NCBI GenBank assembly: GCA_963718505.1
Contig: CAVQZP010000007.1
Location: forward strand, 113,507 to 145,506
Source: an uncultured Acidobacteriota bacterium
GTDB lineage: Bacteria; Acidobacteriota; Terriglobia; Terriglobales; Acidobacteriaceae
Direction of reading: 5' to 3'
DNA length: 32,000 bases
The position numbers were made by a program, and so were the translations under genes. A model generated the notes under the pieces. The model did no database searches. It was given only the letters and a program-made list of their open reading frames with translations, and was not told where the DNA came from. The stretch's first letter is position 1; every line of letters begins with the position of its first letter. Positions 7,609 to 15,787 of the stretch are shown piece by piece.

Positions 7609-10023
7609 TCATGTGGAGCGGGGCACAAGAGTGGGTAATAGCGCCAAAGCAAGCAGATACGCCACGCCGCCGCAGGCCAGCGTCACGTTCAGGCCGAAAT
7701 GAATCGCGATCACCATCGCCAGCACCGATCCGAGTACGCTGGCAGCGGCATTCATAGCCCAGGCCCACTCGACCGAGTTGTCGGCCGTGTTCGGAGGCTC
7801 GCCCATCTCCGCAGCAGGAAGTTCCAGGTCCGCGGCGTTGGCCAGGGCCCGTAGCCCAGTGGGGAAAGGCATTCCCATCGCGAATCCCAGTGGAACCAGC
7901 ACTGCCCCGCTGACGAGCAACTTTGCCGGGAATGGCAATCCAATCAGCCACGTAAGCAGGCCGGCCAATCCCCAGGTGTAAATCGCAATCGCTCCCATCA
8001 GCAGAACAAGAGGAATCCACGCTCGCGCTGCGTTCGACAGCCAGCTCCGAGAAAACAGGCTTCCTGCGCCGCTTGAAAGCAGCAGCAGAAAGATCACCAC
8101 CGTGAGCGCATACGTCGGGTGTCCAAGAAATAGAACAAAACGCTGAATGAAGGCGATCTCCACCAAAATGTAGCCCAGCCCCACGCAGACGAAATACATC
8201 AGCGGCAGCGCGCGCCACGCTCGGCCGCCGCCCACCAGCATGGGTACAACGAGAAACACCAGCACGGCTAGCGCCGAAATGACAAAGACCATGCCCAGTA
8301 CCACCACGCCCAGGTTCACCTTCCAGTCGATCCCGCGCTGCAGGCCGCCATCGTTCAGGATCTGGTCGGTCTTGAGCGTGAAAAAGAAAAAAGGCGCGTC
8401 GTCGTCGACGGGAGCCACGTTATACGGATAGTCGCACGCGAATCCTCGCGGATCGTTACGCGCGATCAGCGCCGAAAACGGGTTCTGACCCGGCTTCGAT
8501 GGCAAATACAAAGCGACCAGTTCGGGGTTGTTTTCTAGGTGATCCTGTACCGCCCCTTCTTCCGCTTGCGTGAAGGGGGTTTTCTTCGCGAGGACAACGA
8601 CCGGAATTCCATCCTCGTCGAGATCTCCTTCCGAAACGACGATGAAATTCTTCGCCGGATCCGCAACTCCCAACTGATGCAGCGCCTCAGTCGCAACCGA
8701 CACCACGCGCAGTGCTTCGCGCGGTTGCTGGAACTCCCACCGCGTAATCGCGATCATGCCGTCGGGCTTGAGATGTTCGAAGTACTCGCGGAATGCGTCC
8801 ACCGTGTAGAGGCTGTTCTCGCTGAGCGCGAATGCTCCCGCCGCAGTCGAAGCCCACGTGTCGACCAGGGTCATCTGCACGACGTCGAAAAGCTGGCGCG
8901 CATTCCGCACAAACGAACGGCCATCCGTCACCTGCAGATGCACTTCGGGCCGCTGATAAAGATGTTGCGAATAATCCGCATATCGCCCCCGCATAATGGC
9001 GTTGGCGATGATCGGATTGATCTCGATCCCCGTCACGCTCGGGCTGCCGTTCGCAACGGCCCGCAGCACATCCACCCCGCCTCCGGGTCCGATGATCGCG
9101 TACTCGCCGTGAGGCCTCAGCACGTTCGCCAGCGCAGGCGGCGACGCCATCAGGTTCTTCTGCCAGTCCGTGCCCTCCCAGTGATGCGGATCTGCGTTCA
9201 TCACGTAGGTCGAGGCGTCCGCATCGATCACAATCGACCGCGCGTTGTCGGCCTGGCGGTCCACTTCGACCCGAGAGATCGCATTCCAGCGTGCGAACTC
9301 CACCCAGGACTTATCGCGAAACATGCCTTTGGCATAGATGACGTCGACCAGGCGTCCCGAATAATTCGCCGCGATGACCACCAGCAGCACCGCAGCAAGA
9401 GCGCCTGCAAGTTTTCGCACCCATGAGCCACTCGCCCAGAGACTCCCAGCCAGCGCCATCGACATCGCGGTGAAGAGAATGGTGTTCGGCCCGCCGATCC
9501 AGTTCAGCAGAGGAACGATCGCCAGACACGCCGCCGCGCCGCCCAGCAGGTCCGCACCATACAGCCGCGCAATCGTTCGCGCCTCGCGCGCGAAAACAAC
9601 CGAGAACATTAGCCCGATGAAGAAGAACGGCACCGCCGAAGCCACGTAAATCCCGCTCAGCTTCAGCAGGTTCATCCATGTTAATTCGAGCGACACCGGA
9701 ATATGCAGCACCACTTCCAACACAACCGGAATCGCTAGCGCATTCGCGCAGCATAGCGTCGCCGCCAGCGCGCGCGTTTCAATGTCCGCCAGTTTAGCGC
9801 GAAACAGATAGGCGCAAACCCCGCCCGCTCCCAGTCCCAGCAGCGCGATCGAGATCGCCAGAAACGCGAAGTGATAAAAGAGCACAACCGAGAACAGCCG
9901 CGTCAGCCCCAGTTCGAGCAGGAGGGCTGCAAAGCTGCTCAGCCCGATTCCAAGCATCAGGGTTCGTTCGTGGATTTTCGCTGGAGAGGACGAGACCTGA
10001 GATGGGGAAGAGATGGTGGCCAT
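7609..10023 (-). CDS. Polytopic membrane protein with a central spermidine-synthase-like (class I methyltransferase fold) domain, 804 aa
   Basis: The central segment YAIIGPGGGVDVLRAVANGSPSVTGIEINP...DVVQMTLVD...LKPDGMIAITRW fits the SpeE/aminopropyltransferase fold. It is flanked by about 7 N-terminal and about 6-7 C-terminal hydrophobic helices. Confidence 0.75.
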   Translation of the reverse strand: MATISSPSQVSSSPAKIHERTLMLGIGLSSFAALLLELGLTRLFSVVLFYHFAFLAISIALLGLGAGGVCAYLFRAKLADIETRALAATLCCANALAIPVVLEVVLHIPVSLELTWMNLLKLSGIYVASAVPFFFIGLMFSVVFAREARTIARLYGADLLGGAAACLAIVPLLNWIGGPNTILFTAMSMALAGSLWASGSWVRKLAGALAAVLLVVIAANYSGRLVDVIYAKGMFRDKSWVEFARWNAISRVEVDRQADNARSIVIDADASTYVMNADPHHWEGTDWQKNLMASPPALANVLRPHGEYAIIGPGGGVDVLRAVANGSPSVTGIEINPIIANAIMRGRYADYSQHLYQRPEVHLQVTDGRSFVRNARQLFDVVQMTLVDTWASTAAGAFALSENSLYTVDAFREYFEHLKPDGMIAITRWEFQQPREALRVVSVATEALHQLGVADPAKNFIVVSEGDLDEDGIPVVVLAKKTPFTQAEEGAVQDHLENNPELVALYLPSKPGQNPFSALIARNDPRGFACDYPYNVAPVDDDAPFFFFTLKTDQILNDGGLQRGIDWKVNLGVVVLGMVFVISALAVLVFLVVPMLVGGGRAWRALPLMYFVCVGLGYILVEIAFIQRFVLFLGHPTYALTVVIFLLLLSSGAGSLFSRSWLSNAARAWIPLVLLMGAIAIYTWGLAGLLTWLIGLPFPAKLLVSGAVLVPLGFAMGMPFPTGLRALANAADLELPAAEMGEPPNTADNSVEWAWAMNAAASVLGSVLAMVIAIHFGLNVTLACGGVAYLLALALLPTLVPRST

Positions 10024-10061
10024 GAGTCCTGAACTGAGATGCGTCAGTCTAGCAGACCGCC

Positions 10062-10439
10062 TCAGCTTTCGAGGATCACCTGTGCCATCGCTTCTTCGGC
10101 TGTGTGCGTCAGGGAGAGCGCGATGTTCGTGGCGCCCAGCTTCGCGGCAAAATCCGCCGCCTTTCCATGCAGCAGGAGCGTCGGGCGGCCTCCGGGGTTG
10201 CGCGCAACTTCAATATCGCGCCAGCGCACGCCGTGATTCCAGCCCGTTCCGATCGCCTTCATCCCCGCTTCTTTGGCCGCAAAACGCGCCGCATAGCGCT
10301 CCATGCGGTTCGCTTTCGACTCGCAATACTGGATCTCGCCCTCGGTGAAAATTCGTTTCAGGAATCTCTCGCCGTGGCGCTCGATGACTTCGCGGATACG
10401 CGGGACTTCGGTGATGTCGATGCCGGTGCCGACGATCAT
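10062..10439 (-). CDS. acpS: Holo-[acyl-carrier-protein] synthase (AcpS)
   Basis: MIVGTGIDITEVPRIREVIERHGERFLKRIFTEGE...AARFAAKEA is the canonical AcpS N-terminus at the typical 125 aa length. Confidence 0.9.
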   Translation of the reverse strand: MIVGTGIDITEVPRIREVIERHGERFLKRIFTEGEIQYCESKANRMERYAARFAAKEAGMKAIGTGWNHGVRWRDIEVARNPGGRPTLLLHGKAADFAAKLGATNIALSLTHTAEEAMAQVILES

Positions 10440-10737
10440 GCTGGAACGTTAGCACATGAACGCTGGCGGGTCGCCAGTCATCAGGAGAACTAGGTTCGCT
10501 GGCACAGTGCTGCCAGGCTGGCGAAGGATTCGAGTTCAGGGTTATCCGCTGCCCTGTCTACAGGCAAGACGCGTAAGAGGACTTGCGACTGATGACTGAA
10601 TCGTCATGTATCGAGTTGCCGCGCGGCTCACAAAGGACGTAGGTTCGGTCGTCAGTCTGCGGACGACTGCGAAACTCGTTGTTGAGATCGTAAGGCCGGA
10701 ATAAATAGTGCCGCAGCCGCGCAGCGGCGGCAGATAT

Positions 10738-10803
10738 TAGCCCAGCGCGTGAGCGCTGGGTAGTCGAAAAGGCGAATTCGAGTCGGCTTTCAGCCGACGG
10801 CAC
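10738..10803. repeat. R3 repeat (variant): TTAGCCCAGCGC-GTGA-GCGCTGGGTAGTCGAAAAGG... with a second hairpin AGTCGGCT-TTC-AGCCGAC
   Basis: The 8-bp stem CCCAGCGC/GCGCTGGG and the CGAAAAGG tail are shared with 19305-19365 and 21969-22035. Confidence 0.7.
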
Positions 10804-10867
10804 GTTTTCGGAGCGGCCTCCCTGCAGTCCATTCGCTCAGCTCAGGCAGGATAAGAACAGTTCGTCG

Positions 10868-10903
10868 AAAAAAGCGAGCCTCTGCTGACAACCAGCTGCT
10901 CGC
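10868..10903 (-). terminator. Likely intrinsic terminator of the cytochrome c-selA-DUF488 transcription unit
   Basis: On the minus strand, 2 nt after the DUF488 stop, the sequence reads GCGAGCAGCTGGTTGTCAGCAGAGGCTCGC followed by TTTTTT. The outer stem is GCGAGC/GCTCGC and the inner stem is GCTG/CAGC. Confidence 0.6.
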
Positions 10904-10905
10904 AA

Positions 10906-11439
10906 TCAGGAGAACAATGACATGCCGTAGATCACCTGACCCCTTACAAGGTGAGCTTCTTTGGTGAGCGCATGCGGCTTCGGATCCGACTCACCGTCGA
11001 TATGCAAGACGGTATGTCCGTGAGTAACCAGCCAATCCGACACCAGCATCCGGTGACAGTGAAACCACACCCGCTCCGCACACATGTATGCCGTCCGCGA
11101 AGTCTCGGCGAGTTGCTCGAGTTCCTTCGCCGCGGCTTCGAACTCGGGTGTCAGCATGTAATCCGCGTAATTGCGAAAGCTCGCATTGCGCAAGCCGGTG
11201 TTGGGAGAGTCTTCCCGCGTTTTCTTTCGGTATCCACCGAGCGCTTTCATCCAGACGTAGCGAATCCCACCCGCTGCCAACGCTGATTCCAGCGATTCCC
11301 GGTTGAAGTGCGGCAACCGTCGCGACACGGGAAACGCCCGGATGTCGACCAGCGTCCGGATGGAATGGTGTTGGAGAACTTGAATCAACTCGTCAAGAGA
11401 ACGTGTCGAATGCCCGATTGTGTACAGCGTTGCCATCAA
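10906..11439 (-). CDS. DUF488 domain protein (long form, about 177 aa)
   Basis: LYTIGHSTRSLDELIQVL....IRTLVDIR..P.SR...FN...L...L...GI.Y........GG and the C-terminal MCAERVWFHCHR match the DUF488 pattern (TIGHS...DVR...CAE....CHR). Confidence 0.8.
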   Translation of the reverse strand: MMATLYTIGHSTRSLDELIQVLQHHSIRTLVDIRAFPVSRRLPHFNRESLESALAAGGIRYVWMKALGGYRKKTREDSPNTGLRNASFRNYADYMLTPEFEAAAKELEQLAETSRTAYMCAERVWFHCHRMLVSDWLVTHGHTVLHIDGESDPKPHALTKEAHLVRGQVIYGMSLFS

Positions 11440-11544
11440 ATCAATCGCGTGGGGGCATACGCCGGGGTCCCCAGCGCGCTCGTTTTTGGCGCGATGGGGT
11501 GGAGATGCCCCGTCTGTCCCGTCGAGCGGAGTTCGACTTTGCCG

Positions 11545-12963
11545 TTATGCGCCAAGCGCACGCAGTGCCGCCACCACCACCTCATCCTGCTCCGCAAACA
11601 CCGTCCGCAGATCCAACACCACCCGATCTTGTTGCACGCGCGCCACAATCGGAGGATCCGCGTGCCTCAACCGCGCCAACAACTCGTCAGCGCTCAATGC
11701 CTCAACCGCCACAGCGATCAGCCACGTCGGCAACACCGCCGACGGCGCCGCGCCGCCTCCAATCACCGACTCTCCCTCGACCATCTCGGCCCGTACTCCC
11801 GCGACGCCCTGCATCTTCCCGGCCACTGCCTTCACGCGCCGCCCGATCTCCTCGCGCGACATCTGCATCATCCGTACCGCGGGAACCTCCTCGACGTCGC
11901 CCTTCACATACGCCAGCAGCGTCGGCTCCAGAGCCGCATACGTAAGCTTGTCGACACGTAGTGCGCGGAACAGGGAATTCGATCGCATCCGCCGGATCAG
12001 CTCCGTTCGACCCGTCAGCATGCCCGCTTGCGGTCCGCCCAGCAACTTGTCGCCGCTGTACGTGACCACGTCGACTCCGGCGCGCAGGCTATGCCCAACC
12101 CCAAATTCTCCCGTCACGCCCACCGCCGCCAAATCGAGTAGAGCTCCGCTTCCTAAATCCTCAACCAGCGGAATCCCGCGCGCCTTCGCCAACTCAACCA
12201 TCTCCACGAGCGCGGGTTGCTCCGTGAATCCCGTGATCTCAAAATTCGAGCGGTGCACGCGCAGCAGGCACCGCGTTTTATCGTTGATAGCGTTCGCATA
12301 ATCGCCGATGCGCGTTCGGTTGGTCGTCCCCACCTCCCGCAAAGTCGCGTTCGATTGCGCCATCACATCGGGGATCCGGAACGATCCGCCGATCTCCACC
12401 AACTCCCCGCGCGACACGATCACCTCGCCGCCCGCCGCCAGCGTATTCAGTGCCAGCCACACGCCCGCCGCATTGTTGTTCACGACAATCGTCGAGACTG
12501 GCTGCTCGCTCTTCACACCCACAAACAGCTTCTGGAACAGCCGATCCATGTGGACGTCCCGCTCGCCGCGCTTGCCCTCGACCAGATCGAATTCCAGATT
12601 TGAATATCCCTGCGCCGTCTCACGCAGATGATCGAGCGCCGTGCCGGCAATCGGCGCCCGCCCTAAATTCGTATGCAGGATCACTCCCGTTGCGTTGATC
12701 ACCGGCCGCAGCGACCATTCGGTGGCCGCGCACAATTCCGCCTCCACAGCGCCCGCCAGCGCGCTCACCGCCCGATCCAGCGCATCCGCTTCGATCTTCC
12801 CCGATTGAATCGACACCCGCAACCGCTCCAGCACCGTGCGCGCCGCATCCGTGACCATCACCCGCCCATCCCGCGCGATCGCGGGTGCGAGTTCTTCGGC
12901 CCGCAAAAGCTCATCCACTGAAGGAAGCTTCTCGTAGAGATTCGATTTGGAAGAAGTGACCAA
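11545..12963 (-). CDS. selA: L-seryl-tRNA(Sec) selenium transferase (SelA)
   Basis: N-terminal LYEKLPSVDELLR, NATGVILHTNLGRAP and the PLP-lysine segment VTYSGDKLLGGPQAG are SelA signatures. TTG start at 12963. Confidence 0.9.
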   Translation of the reverse strand: MVTSSKSNLYEKLPSVDELLRAEELAPAIARDGRVMVTDAARTVLERLRVSIQSGKIEADALDRAVSALAGAVEAELCAATEWSLRPVINATGVILHTNLGRAPIAGTALDHLRETAQGYSNLEFDLVEGKRGERDVHMDRLFQKLFVGVKSEQPVSTIVVNNNAAGVWLALNTLAAGGEVIVSRGELVEIGGSFRIPDVMAQSNATLREVGTTNRTRIGDYANAINDKTRCLLRVHRSNFEITGFTEQPALVEMVELAKARGIPLVEDLGSGALLDLAAVGVTGEFGVGHSLRAGVDVVTYSGDKLLGGPQAGMLTGRTELIRRMRSNSLFRALRVDKLTYAALEPTLLAYVKGDVEEVPAVRMMQMSREEIGRRVKAVAGKMQGVAGVRAEMVEGESVIGGGAAPSAVLPTWLIAVAVEALSADELLARLRHADPPIVARVQQDRVVLDLRTVFAEQDEVVVAALRALGA

Positions 12964-13018
12964 GCGCCTGATGATCCGATGTTCCGCTGAATCCTGCCTC
13001 TGACCGAAATTGCGACAA

Positions 13019-13411
13019 CTACAACGTGTGCAAATACGTCAGCAAATCCTGAATCTGCTGGTCGCTCAGCTCTCGCCCGTACGCAGGCATTTTGCTGCGG
13101 CCATAGCGAACGATCTCTCCCACGCGGTCGTCATTGGCAGGCAGCCCGCTCTCCGACAAATATTGCTTCTTGAAAACTCCCTTCAAGCTGGGGCCCTTTT
13201 TCCCATGAGACGAGTAGGGCTCGTGGCACTGGTCGCAATAGCGGTCGTATGTCTTGCGTCCCGCTGCCTGCTGCTCATTCAGTCCGAGCTCCGCATCCGA
13301 CTTGCGCCGCTCCACATCGCATCCGACCAACATGCCGATCGCCGTAACCGCGATCAGCGACAGGCCCACCAGCGGGCCTCCAACCCATCTCCGATTCACA
13401 CAAACTTTCAT
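13019..13411 (-). CDS. Monoheme class I c-type cytochrome, probable lipoprotein (130 aa)
   Basis: The track ORF 13019-13738 is trimmed to ATG 13411, which has GAGGAA upstream. Signal peptide with lipobox LVGC, heme motif CDQCH, and the distal-ligand context SKMPAYG. Confidence 0.8.
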   Translation of the reverse strand: MKVCVNRRWVGGPLVGLSLIAVTAIGMLVGCDVERRKSDAELGLNEQQAAGRKTYDRYCDQCHEPYSSHGKKGPSLKGVFKKQYLSESGLPANDDRVGEIVRYGRSKMPAYGRELSDQQIQDLLTYLHTL

Positions 13412-13483
13412 AAGTTCCTCGAAGTGACCAAAACCTGCAATGCCCGCCCATGCCAGACGTACAATAAATATACCGAGCGCACC

Positions 13484-13930
13484 ATGGGAACTGCGACGAA
13501 GGGCGTCACCGTGAAGCGAGTTTACGAGAAGCCCGCGCGGACCGACGGCACGCGTGTCCTCGTTGACCGGTTGTGGCCCCGTGGTCTGACCAAGAAAGAC
13601 GCAGCGGTCGATGCCTGGCTCAAAGAGCTCGCCCCCTCCGACGAGCTGCGTCACTGGTACCACGCCTACCCCGACGCGTGGGCCCTGTTCCGCCGCCGCT
13701 ACTTGAAGGAACTGCAAAGCCCCGAAGCATCGGCGCAACTTCAGGAACTCTATCGGATGGCCGAGCAGCGCAAGCCCCTCACCTTGCTTTACGCCTCGAA
13801 AAATGAAGAACGGAACAACGCGATCGTGCTTCGCGATCTTCTCAACGGCATGAAAAAGCCACCCACGGGAACCGGGCCCGCGGCAGCCTCTTCTGGGCGA
13901 TTGCGAAAAGCCGCCCGCCGTCCAGCCTGA
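13484..13930 (+). CDS. DUF488 domain protein, short YeaO-like form (148 aa)
   Basis: The track ORF 13010-13930 is trimmed to ATG 13484. VKRVYEKPARTDGTRVLVDRLWPRGLTKKDAAVDAWLKELAPSDELRHWY...LLYASKNEERNNAIVLRDLL matches the YeaO/DUF488 short family. Confidence 0.85.
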   Translation: MGTATKGVTVKRVYEKPARTDGTRVLVDRLWPRGLTKKDAAVDAWLKELAPSDELRHWYHAYPDAWALFRRRYLKELQSPEASAQLQELYRMAEQRKPLTLLYASKNEERNNAIVLRDLLNGMKKPPTGTGPAAASSGRLRKAARRPA

Positions 13931-13944
13931 CCGCTTTCTCGACG

Positions 13945-15516
13945 CTACTTGTGGTGAGCCTCGTCCTCGACGATCGTCTCGACAATCGCGTCAATCGCGT
14001 CGGTGATCTTTTTCGCCGGCGCATTGAAGTTGTTCGACAGAATGGTGAACGCGATCTCCTCGCCGTGCTCGGTGGTCAGGTACCCGGACAGGGTCTTCAC
14101 TCCTCCGAGCGCCCCCGTCTTGCCGTGGACGCGGCCTTGCGCATCGGTCCCTTTCATCCGGTCGGCGAGCGACCCGTCAATCCCGGCCACGGGCAGCGTA
14201 TCGCGAAACGCCTTGCCCCACGGCTGATGCGACGCATACTCTAGCAACTCCACCACTGCGTGCGGCGTGACCAGATTTTGTCGCGACAGCCCCGAGCCAT
14301 CGTAGAACACGTACTGATCATTCGGAATTCCGGCGCGCGTCAGGAAGCCTCGCACCACTTCCAGCCCGCTCTCCACCGTGGCCGCTGTCCCTTTCTCTCT
14401 TCCTAGCAGCCGCAGCAGAATTTCCGCGTGCAGGTTCTGACTCACTTTGTTGATCACGCGAATGTCTTCGATCAGCGGTTTGGAGTCGTAACTGGCCAGC
14501 ACCACCGGCGGATTCAGCGGTAGTGCGCGCGACGCATCGCCCCCACCCCGGGACTCCGCCGTCGCGGTCACGCTGAACGTGGAGAGCCGCGCCAGTTCGG
14601 TGTGGTGTGCGCGATCATTTCCGTAAATCGTAACGCCGCGCTTCTCCAGCAGACTTCGAAACAACTCCGACGCGAACGCCGCCGGATCCTCAATCGCTAG
14701 CGCTTCGTTCGCCCCCTGATCGTCCACCGGCATCTCACCCCAGAGCGTCAGCGCCGTCGAGCCCGGTTCGCGATTAAAGAAAATGCGGCGCGTCGACCCG
14801 GCGGGTGTCGTGATGATCCGGTTGTCGACGTGGTAGTAGTCCGCGAACGGTACGACGTTGACGAATGCCCGCTCCCCCGCGCGATCCGCGGGCAGAATGT
14901 TCACGAACACCACGTTGTCGTTGATGGTCAGCGCCGAAACCGGCGCGCCGTCGCCCCACACCAGATCGTCCTGGCTCCAGCCTTCGCCATAACGCTCGAA
15001 CGCGAAGTAGGAATCGTCGGCGACCAGGTCGCCGTCCACGTATTTCACGCCCTTCAGCACGAGGTTGTCTGCCAGGTCCTCGAGCACTTTGATCGGATGG
15101 TCGTTTCGCTGGGTGCGCAGGTCGTACGGCAACTCGCGCCCGGAAAGGTTCGGGTCGCCGCGGCCCACCAGCAACAGATCTCCGCTCAACCGCCCGTGCT
15201 TGTCGAGCAATCCTGTCGTTTCGACAGATGTTCGGGAACGATAATCCGGCCCGATCAGCGCCAGTGCCGCCGAAGTCGTAAACAGTTTTGTATTCGAAGC
15301 GGGCGTGAAAAGGCGGTCGGCATTCTGCGAATAAAGAATTTTGCCCGTCTTCAGCGAAAGAACTTCCACTCCCCAGAACCCGTGGGCAAGGTCAGGATCC
15401 TTCAGGATGGTGGCGATCCGGGACTCAAGCGACTTCTGTTTCGCCGCCTCCGACGTGTTCGCCAACAGCAGGCAAACTGCCAACAGAAGCACGGAGCCGG
15501 ACCGAAAGGGTCGCAT
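13945..15516 (-). CDS. dacB: D-alanyl-D-alanine carboxypeptidase/endopeptidase, PBP4 (peptidase S13) family
   Basis: Signal peptide, SxxK motif in FTPASNTKLFT, DGSGLSR, and KTG in VHGKTGALGGV. Length 523 aa. TAGAAT (15531-15536, minus strand) lies 14 nt upstream of the ATG. Confidence 0.85.
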   Translation of the reverse strand: MRPFRSGSVLLLAVCLLLANTSEAAKQKSLESRIATILKDPDLAHGFWGVEVLSLKTGKILYSQNADRLFTPASNTKLFTTSAALALIGPDYRSRTSVETTGLLDKHGRLSGDLLLVGRGDPNLSGRELPYDLRTQRNDHPIKVLEDLADNLVLKGVKYVDGDLVADDSYFAFERYGEGWSQDDLVWGDGAPVSALTINDNVVFVNILPADRAGERAFVNVVPFADYYHVDNRIITTPAGSTRRIFFNREPGSTALTLWGEMPVDDQGANEALAIEDPAAFASELFRSLLEKRGVTIYGNDRAHHTELARLSTFSVTATAESRGGGDASRALPLNPPVVLASYDSKPLIEDIRVINKVSQNLHAEILLRLLGREKGTAATVESGLEVVRGFLTRAGIPNDQYVFYDGSGLSRQNLVTPHAVVELLEYASHQPWGKAFRDTLPVAGIDGSLADRMKGTDAQGRVHGKTGALGGVKTLSGYLTTEHGEEIAFTILSNNFNAPAKKITDAIDAIVETIVEDEAHHK

Positions 15517-15683
15517 CGCAGTGTCGCTTCATTCTAGCATCGAAAATAGGGCATCTGAGCCGGTATTCGGTCGTCGGTTTTCGGCGTCAAGGTCGCGTCT
15601 TCGCCGACGGTGTCCTCGCACGCTTTGCGCCTCGTCGAATAGCCCAGTACGACCTGGCATCCAACATTTTGACTGAGATTCGA

Positions 15684-15772
15684 CTCGAAACCCTGAAACT
15701 TGAAACTCGAAACCTGAAACCCGAAACTTGACACGATAAGCCGAAAACCGAACACCGAATGCCGAACGCCGA
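15684..15772. repeat. 7-bp periodic tract: about 7 x YGAAACY (GAAAC at 15687, 15695, 15702, 15709, 15716, 15723; GACAC at 15730), then 4 x CCGAANN (15741-15768)
   Basis: Counted directly from the sequence. It lies in the dacB/folP divergent spacer and abuts the folP -10-like hexamer. Confidence 0.75.
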
Positions 15773-15774
15773 TT

Positions 15775-15780
15775 TAGAAT
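15775..15780 (+). promoter_or_regulatory. Candidate -10 hexamer TAGAAT, 7 nt upstream of the folP ATG with no SD (possible leaderless mRNA)
   Basis: The sequence reads GATTTAGAATTCCCGCCATG. Confidence 0.35.
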
Positions 15781-15787
15781 TCCCGCC

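Noticed and set aside
10558-10803. 81-aa ORF, and the similar ORFs 21865-22053 and 21872-22237
   Set aside because: These are translations of the R3 repeat and flanking non-coding DNA. They have no SD and no codon bias.
10440-10905. Possible tRNA-Sec (selC) or other tRNA near selA
   Set aside because: I looked on both strands for a TTCAAA anticodon loop in a 6-bp stem and for a GGTTCGANTCC-type T-arm. The TTCGAG and GGTTCGG strings present lack complementary stems. The region holds small hairpins and an R3 repeat only.
13010-13930. Extended ORFs 13010-13930 (+) and 13019-13738 (-), which overlap each other
   Set aside because: Only the 3' parts show family motifs (YeaO/DUF488 from ATG 13484; cytochrome c from ATG 13411, which has an SD). 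The 5' extensions are mutual antisense read-through.
15684-15772. CRISPR-like array
   Set aside because: The period is 7 bp with no spacers. There is no repeat of 24-40 bp and there are no cas genes.
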